A DNA stretch of 64,000 nt from an uncultured Christensenella sp. (GTDB lineage Bacteria; Bacillota; Clostridia; Christensenellales; Pumilibacteraceae): positions 15,408 through 79,407 of the forward strand of contig CATLGX010000001.1 of the NCBI GenBank assembly GCA_949948785.1, written 5' to 3'. This document shows, piece by piece, positions 57,125 to 64,000 of this stretch (its first letter is position 1; each line of letters opens with the position of its first letter). Under the pieces are notes generated by a model, which worked only from the letters and a program-made list of their open reading frames with translations, had not been told where the DNA came from and made no database searches. The position numbers and the translations under genes were made by a program.

Positions 57125-57919
57125 ATGTTTCCGTACATAAAAATAGGGGAACAGAACGTTCCCGTGTTCTCGGTATGCGTAGCGGTCGGCATGTGCGTTT
57201 TCGTATTATCTATATTGATAAAGGCGCACATAGTCGACCCTTCCGACCGAGAAAATTTTTTTATACTGCCTAAAATATTCATTGCACTCGGCGCGGGCTA
57301 CGGCGGCGCCGTGTTTTTCGAAGCGTTTTTCGAGATTCCAGTAAACGGCGGATTCGAGTATTCGGGAATAATGTTTTACGGCGGCGCGCTCACCGGTATG
57401 GCGGCGGCGTATTGTCTTATTAAAATTCGAGCGCGGCGGTCGCGCCTGTCGCCCGTCGCGTGGCTCGACATGATGACCGTGCCGTTTGCCGTATTCCACT
57501 GTATAGGCAGGGTGGGGTGTTTTCTCGCGGGATGCTGTTACGGCCGCGTAACCGACGGGATTTTCGGCGTTGCATTCCCCGACGTGCCCGAAGCGGAAAT
57601 ATTCCATGGCGGGCAAAGCGTGTATCCGACTCAACTCTTTGAAGCGGTCGGACTGGCGGCGCTCGCCGCAGTTTTGCATTTTAAAAGAAACGGAAAATTC
57701 GAGACGTACATGATAGCGTACGCCGTATTGCGGTTTGCGCTCGAATTTTTGCGAGGCGACAATCGCGGCGGTGATATTTTCGGATTGTCTCCGTCGCAAG
57801 CAACGGCGTTTTTTGCGGTGTATGCGGCGTTTGCGGCTAGAGTTCTGCGCGTGCGCGACGCGCTCCGACGCAGCATGATAGCGTCGAATATCGGTTTTCG
57901 GAAAATTTCGCTCGTATAG
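57125..57919 (+). CDS. lgt: Prolipoprotein diacylglyceryl transferase family protein (Lgt-like)
   Basis: FYGG, IGRVGCFLAGCCYG, YPTQLFE and RFALEFLRGD. Confidence 0.8.
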   Translation: MFPYIKIGEQNVPVFSVCVAVGMCVFVLSILIKAHIVDPSDRENFFILPKIFIALGAGYGGAVFFEAFFEIPVNGGFEYSGIMFYGGALTGMAAAYCLIKIRARRSRLSPVAWLDMMTVPFAVFHCIGRVGCFLAGCCYGRVTDGIFGVAFPDVPEAEIFHGGQSVYPTQLFEAVGLAALAAVLHFKRNGKFETYMIAYAVLRFALEFLRGDNRGGDIFGLSPSQATAFFAVYAAFAARVLRVRDALRRSMIASNIGFRKISLV

Positions 57920-58124
57920 CTTAAAATACCCGACCCGAAAAACTTTCAATTTGTATTGTACATGTCAAATAACGGCATTTGAGGGCGTTAAAACGCATAC
58001 AGCAAAAAATTATTTTGTCAAACAGGCGAAGAAATGGGCAAAAACGCTTTCATTTCGCTTTCTTTTGTGCTATAATCGTAAAGAGCGCGGAACGGGCTAT
58101 CGAACCGACGCGCTCGGGAGATGA

Positions 58125-60041
<1,917 letters not shown>

Positions 60042-60136
60042 TTCGATTCGTAAATCCCCATTCGTAATTATTTGTTTGTCCGACGGTACGGCAAATACGC
60101 GACAGTAAAAAACGGCGGTAAAAGAAGGAGTAAAAA

Positions 60137-62683
60137 ATGGCAAAACGCAATGTAAGATTGCCCGGCGCGGGCAAGAGCGATACGAGCGGCAAGGAGTGGA
60201 TAGACAACACCAAGATTATCCAAACGCAAGTAGTCGACGAAATGAAGACGTGCTTTATCGCGTATGCGATGGCGGTCAACGTTTCGCGCGCCATACCCGA
60301 CGTCCGCGACGGACTTAAACCCGTCCACCGCCGTATTATATATGCGATGGGCGAGTTGGGATTGCGTTCCGACAAGCCGTATCGCAAATGCGCGCGCGTC
60401 GTCGGCGACGTTCTCGGTAAATACCACCCGCACGGCGATTCGTCGGTGTACGACGCATTGGTGCGGTTCGCGCAGGACTTTTCCATGCGTTTCCCGCTTG
60501 TCGACGGACACGGCAACTTCGGTTCGGTGGACGGCGACCCGCCCGCTGCTATGCGTTATACCGAAGCGCGTCTTGCCAAAATAGCCGACGAGCTGTTGCG
60601 CGACATAGACAAAGAAACGATAGACTGGACCAATAACTTCGACGACAGCCTGCAAGAACCGACGGTGCTTCCCGCGCGGTTCCCCAACCTGCTTGTAAAC
60701 GGTTCGGACGGCATAGCCGTCGGTATGGCAACCAATATTCCGCCGCACAACCTCGGCGAGGTCATAAACGGCGTGGACGCGCTCATCGACAATCCCGAAA
60801 TCACCGTCGAAGAGCTTATGAAGTTCATACCCGCGCCCGACTTCCCGACGGGCGGTCTCATTATGGGCAGGGCGAACATAAAGCGCGCATACAAGACGGG
60901 CAAGGGCGGCGTTGTAATTCGCGCCAAAGCGGAGATAGAAGAATATCCCGTACGCGAAGGCTCCGACCTCATGCGCCAGCGCATAGTCGTAACGGAACTT
61001 CCGTATCAAGTCAATAAAGAAAAGCTCATAGTTCAGATAGCCGACCTCGTAAAGGATAAGCGCATCGAGGGCATTTCGGACATCAAGGAAGAGTCCGACC
61101 GCGAGGGAATGCGCATAGTAATAGAGGTCAAGCGCGACGCGCAAGCCCAAGTCGTATTGAATATGCTGTATAAGCATACCAATATGCAGGTTTCGCAGGG
61201 CATAACTTTTCTTGCGCTCGCCGACGGCGAGCCGAAAGTGCTCAACCTCAAAGAGATGCTCGTCCACTACCTCAACCATCAGGAAGAGGTTATTACGCGC
61301 AGAACCAAGCACGACCTCGCGGCGGCGCAGGAGCGCGCGCACATCGTCGAAGGCCTTGTAAAAGCGCAGGCTAATATCGACAGAGTTATCAAGATAATCA
61401 AGTCCAGCCGCGACAACGTGGAAGCCGGCGAACGGCTCATGGCGGAGTTCTATCTGTCGGACAAGCAGGCAAACGCAATACTCGAAATGAAACTGCGCCG
61501 CTTGACGAGTCTCGAAATAGACGCGCTCCAAGCCGAGCTTCAAAACCTTACCGAAAAGATAGCGGACTTTAAGAGCATACTCGCAAGCCCCAAGCGCATA
61601 ACCGACATAGTCAAAGCGGAACTTCAAGAAATACGCGAGCAGTATGACAATCCATGCCGCAGCGAACTTGTAATCGACTACGACGAGCTCGACATCGGCG
61701 ACCTTATCGACCGAGAGGACGTCGTCATATCTATGACGCACTACGGTTATATCAAACGTTTGCCGACTACCGAATACAGAACACAGCACCGCGGCGGCAA
61801 GGGCGTAACCGCGCACCGTCCGAAGGAAGAGGACTTTGTCGAAAAGATGTTCGTAACTTGCACGCACGACACGTTGCTGTATTTTACGAATTACGGCAGA
61901 GTGTACGGTGCGAAGGCGTACGAAGTTCCCGAAGCCGAACGCACGGCAAGGGGCAGAGCGATAGTCAATCTGTTGCAGCTTTCCGACGGCGAAAAGGTAA
62001 GCGCTATAATTCCCATCAAAGACGACGAGTACAAAGGCAACCTCGTTATGGCGACCAAGCGCGGCATGATTAAAAAGACTGCTCTCACCGAGTTCAGGCA
62101 GATACGCAAGGTCGGAAAAGTCGCAATCAAACTCAACGAGGGCGACGAGCTTATTTCCGTACAGCAGTCGTGCGGCATCGACGAGATACTGATTGCCAGT
62201 CAGACGGGCAAGTGCATACGCTTCTCCGAAGAGAACGTAAGACTTATGGGTAGAGACACGCAGGGCGTGCGAGCAATGCGGCTTGACGCAAGCGACAACG
62301 TTGTCGATATGTCCATAGTTCGTCCAGACTGCGACGTGCTCACCGTCAGCGAAAACGGGTTCGGCAAACGCGTCGACATCGAGGAGTTCAGGCTCCAATC
62401 GCGCGCGGGCAAGGGCATAAAAGCGGGTACGTTCAATCAAAAGACGGGACGGCTCGTCAATATGAAGCTCGTCAATCCCGAAGACGACGTAATGGTTATT
62501 TCGGATAACGGCACGATTATAAGAATGTTGGTAAAAGAAATAAGCAAAATAAGCCGCGATACCCAGGGCGTGCGCATGATGCGCGTCAAGAATCAGGGAC
62601 AGGTCGTGTGCGTCGCAACCGCGCCTCATCAAGAGATAATCGAAGATGACGGCGGCGCGCCAGAAGCCCCCGCTTCGGAGTAA
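60137..62683 (+). CDS. gyrA: DNA gyrase subunit A
   Basis: [28 protein letters not shown]; GyrA-box-like QHRGGKG. Confidence 0.95.
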   Translation: MAKRNVRLPGAGKSDTSGKEWIDNTKIIQTQVVDEMKTCFIAYAMAVNVSRAIPDVRDGLKPVHRRIIYAMGELGLRSDKPYRKCARVVGDVLGKYHPHGDSSVYDALVRFAQDFSMRFPLVDGHGNFGSVDGDPPAAMRYTEARLAKIADELLRDIDKETIDWTNNFDDSLQEPTVLPARFPNLLVNGSDGIAVGMATNIPPHNLGEVINGVDALIDNPEITVEELMKFIPAPDFPTGGLIMGRANIKRAYKTGKGGVVIRAKAEIEEYPVREGSDLMRQRIVVTELPYQVNKEKLIVQIADLVKDKRIEGISDIKEESDREGMRIVIEVKRDAQAQVVLNMLYKHTNMQVSQGITFLALADGEPKVLNLKEMLVHYLNHQEEVITRRTKHDLAAAQERAHIVEGLVKAQANIDRVIKIIKSSRDNVEAGERLMAEFYLSDKQANAILEMKLRRLTSLEIDALQAELQNLTEKIADFKSILASPKRITDIVKAELQEIREQYDNPCRSELVIDYDELDIGDLIDREDVVISMTHYGYIKRLPTTEYRTQHRGGKGVTAHRPKEEDFVEKMFVTCTHDTLLYFTNYGRVYGAKAYEVPEAERTARGRAIVNLLQLSDGEKVSAIIPIKDDEYKGNLVMATKRGMIKKTALTEFRQIRKVGKVAIKLNEGDELISVQQSCGIDEILIASQTGKCIRFSEENVRLMGRDTQGVRAMRLDASDNVVDMSIVRPDCDVLTVSENGFGKRVDIEEFRLQSRAGKGIKAGTFNQKTGRLVNMKLVNPEDDVMVISDNGTIIRMLVKEISKISRDTQGVRMMRVKNQGQVVCVATAPHQEIIEDDGGAPEAPASE

Positions 62684-62735
62684 TATCCGCATAAAATCGG
62701 CGCGTGCCTTACGGCGCGCGCCTTTGCGTAATACT

Positions 62736-63059
62736 ATGGACGAACAAAAAGAAAACGCGCCGAAAAGCGACGGCGACATCATAAGCGAATACCGTTCCGC
62801 ACAGCCTGACGATAGTCCCGCCGCGCCGAAAAAAAAGCGCAAGCGCGGTATCGAACGGCATTTGTATCCGTGTCCGCATTGCGGCGAGCTTATGCTCGAC
62901 CATTTTACCGAGTGTCCGCATTGCGGCGGAGAAGTCAAGCCGCGCGGCTATCACGTGGACGAGCAAAAGCGCAAAAAGATTGTGCGCGCTTTCGAAATCG
63001 CGGGCGCGGTGCTGTCGGTCGCGCTTGTCGTGCTCGTCGCCGTGCTGACCAATATTTGA
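62736..63059 (+). CDS. Zinc-ribbon protein with C-terminal TM
   Basis: CPHCG...CPHCG plus a hydrophobic tail. Confidence 0.7.
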   Translation: MDEQKENAPKSDGDIISEYRSAQPDDSPAAPKKKRKRGIERHLYPCPHCGELMLDHFTECPHCGGEVKPRGYHVDEQKRKKIVRAFEIAGAVLSVALVVLVAVLTNI

Positions 63060-63063
63060 GAGG

Positions 63064-63330
63064 TTGATAAAAGTGATACATTCGATGAGCGGCGGAATAC
63101 TGTCCGAATACGACTCGTACACATTCGTAAAAGTCGAGTTTGACGGCGAACCCGCGCCGCAGTGGTATATATCCGATTTCGACGTCGAAGCGGGCGACAG
63201 AGTAAAAGCGCCGTTCGGAAGAGCGGGCGAAGTGAAAACGGGCGTGGTCGCGAGAGTGGAACGCGACGTGAACGGTCAGGTTACGCCTGTGCCGGTCAAG
63301 CGCGCAAAACGGCTTATAAGCAAAGTTTAG
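63064..63330 (+). CDS. Hypothetical small protein
   Basis: GAGAGG RBS and TTG start; VEAGDRVKAPFG resembles small SH3-like beta-barrel domains. Confidence 0.6.
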   Translation: MIKVIHSMSGGILSEYDSYTFVKVEFDGEPAPQWYISDFDVEAGDRVKAPFGRAGEVKTGVVARVERDVNGQVTPVPVKRAKRLISKV

Positions 63331-63433
63331 ACGTATCGGAGTATAAGAAAATCGCTTTACAATATATAATATAAAGTGATATAATCGATAAAAAGGCAAC
63401 ACCGTTACGGCAGAAAAAAGCGAGAGGTATAAG

Positions 63434-64000
63434 GTGAAGATTTTCATATCGGGACTGTCAAATGTGGAGACGACGCTTGCGGTCAGAGGTTTTCCGGTAA
63501 CATACTATCCGATTGATTATCCGTTTTTCGGAATAAAAACAGCCGTCGCAGGCTCGGGATACAGAACTGCGCTGACCGCCGTATCGCTCGGCGACGAGGT
63601 GGAGTTTATGACGCTCGTCGGAGACGATTTTCACGGCGGACTGATACGCGGCGCGCTGTCCGACGCGGGCATAACGGATAAATACGTGTATTCTACGCTT
63701 AAAAACTCGGTCGAGTCGGTTGTGCTCCAAGAGGTTCCGTTCGGCAGACGGCAGGTATACTGCGACCTTAAAGACGCGCAGGAAATAACGGTAGACGCCG
63801 GTGCGATAAGAGACGCGATAGCCGATGCGGATATGTGCGCGCTTCTCAACGTCAATTTCAGCCGAGTGTTTATTCCGATTGCAAAGAGCCTGGGCAAACC
63901 CATCGCTACTCACGTGCAGGCGCTGTCGGACGTGAACGACGCGTTCAACGCCGAGTTTATAGAAAGCGCCGATATACTGTTTTTGTCCGACGAGGGAATA
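63434..64000 (+). CDS. PfkB family carbohydrate kinase, N-terminal part (runs off window end)
   Basis: Not in the ORF track. GTG start after GAGAGG; MKIFISGLSNVETTLAVRGFPV...SLGDEVEFMTLVGDD...ADILFLSDEG. Confidence 0.75.
   Translation, partial: MKIFISGLSNVETTLAVRGFPVTYYPIDYPFFGIKTAVAGSGYRTALTAVSLGDEVEFMTLVGDDFHGGLIRGALSDAGITDKYVYSTLKNSVESVVLQEVPFGRRQVYCDLKDAQEITVDAGAIRDAIADADMCALLNVNFSRVFIPIAKSLGKPIATHVQALSDVNDAFNAEFIESADILFLSDEGI

Noticed and set aside
60068-62938. Very long antisense ORFs (956 aa opposite gyrA; also 848 aa opposite htpG, and 679 and 490 aa opposite the M60 gene)
   Set aside because: Shadows of strongly biased codon usage on the coding strand; no motifs, RBS or sensible composition.

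Overview
64 kb of bacterial chromosome. The gene content (AddAB, PepV, YitT, Lsa-type ABC-F, lipoprotein signals) suggests a Firmicutes/Clostridia-type gut anaerobe; this is inference. Most of the window is housekeeping: gluQ fragment, gltX, mnmA, htpG, thrB, nrdD-trxB, HelD-like, purF, addBA, gyrBA and tRNA-Ala(CGC). There are three accessory blocks. (i) Surface proteins at 0.3-11 kb: an M60 peptidase, a CotH lipoprotein and a repeat lipoprotein. (ii) A resistance/defence block at 11-17 kb ending at the tRNA-Ala 3' end: an attenuated Lsa-like ABC-F, a DpnII-like R-M pair, and a GNAT gene bracketed by a duplicated tRNA tail. (iii) The best candidate for an undescribed system at 31.4-38.4 kb: an ECF sigma/anti-sigma pair divergent from a radical SAM/SPASM enzyme, a secreted papain-fold cysteine protease and a tandem array of 4 intact plus 1-2 decayed paralogous lipoproteins, with a GAAAAAA-N13/14-CGTCTA motif upstream of three of its genes. 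Two window-wide signals: apparent near-absence of GATC, and at least seven genes whose ATG lies exactly 6 nt after a -10 element (probable leaderless mRNAs). All calls come from reading motifs by eye; no database searches were run.
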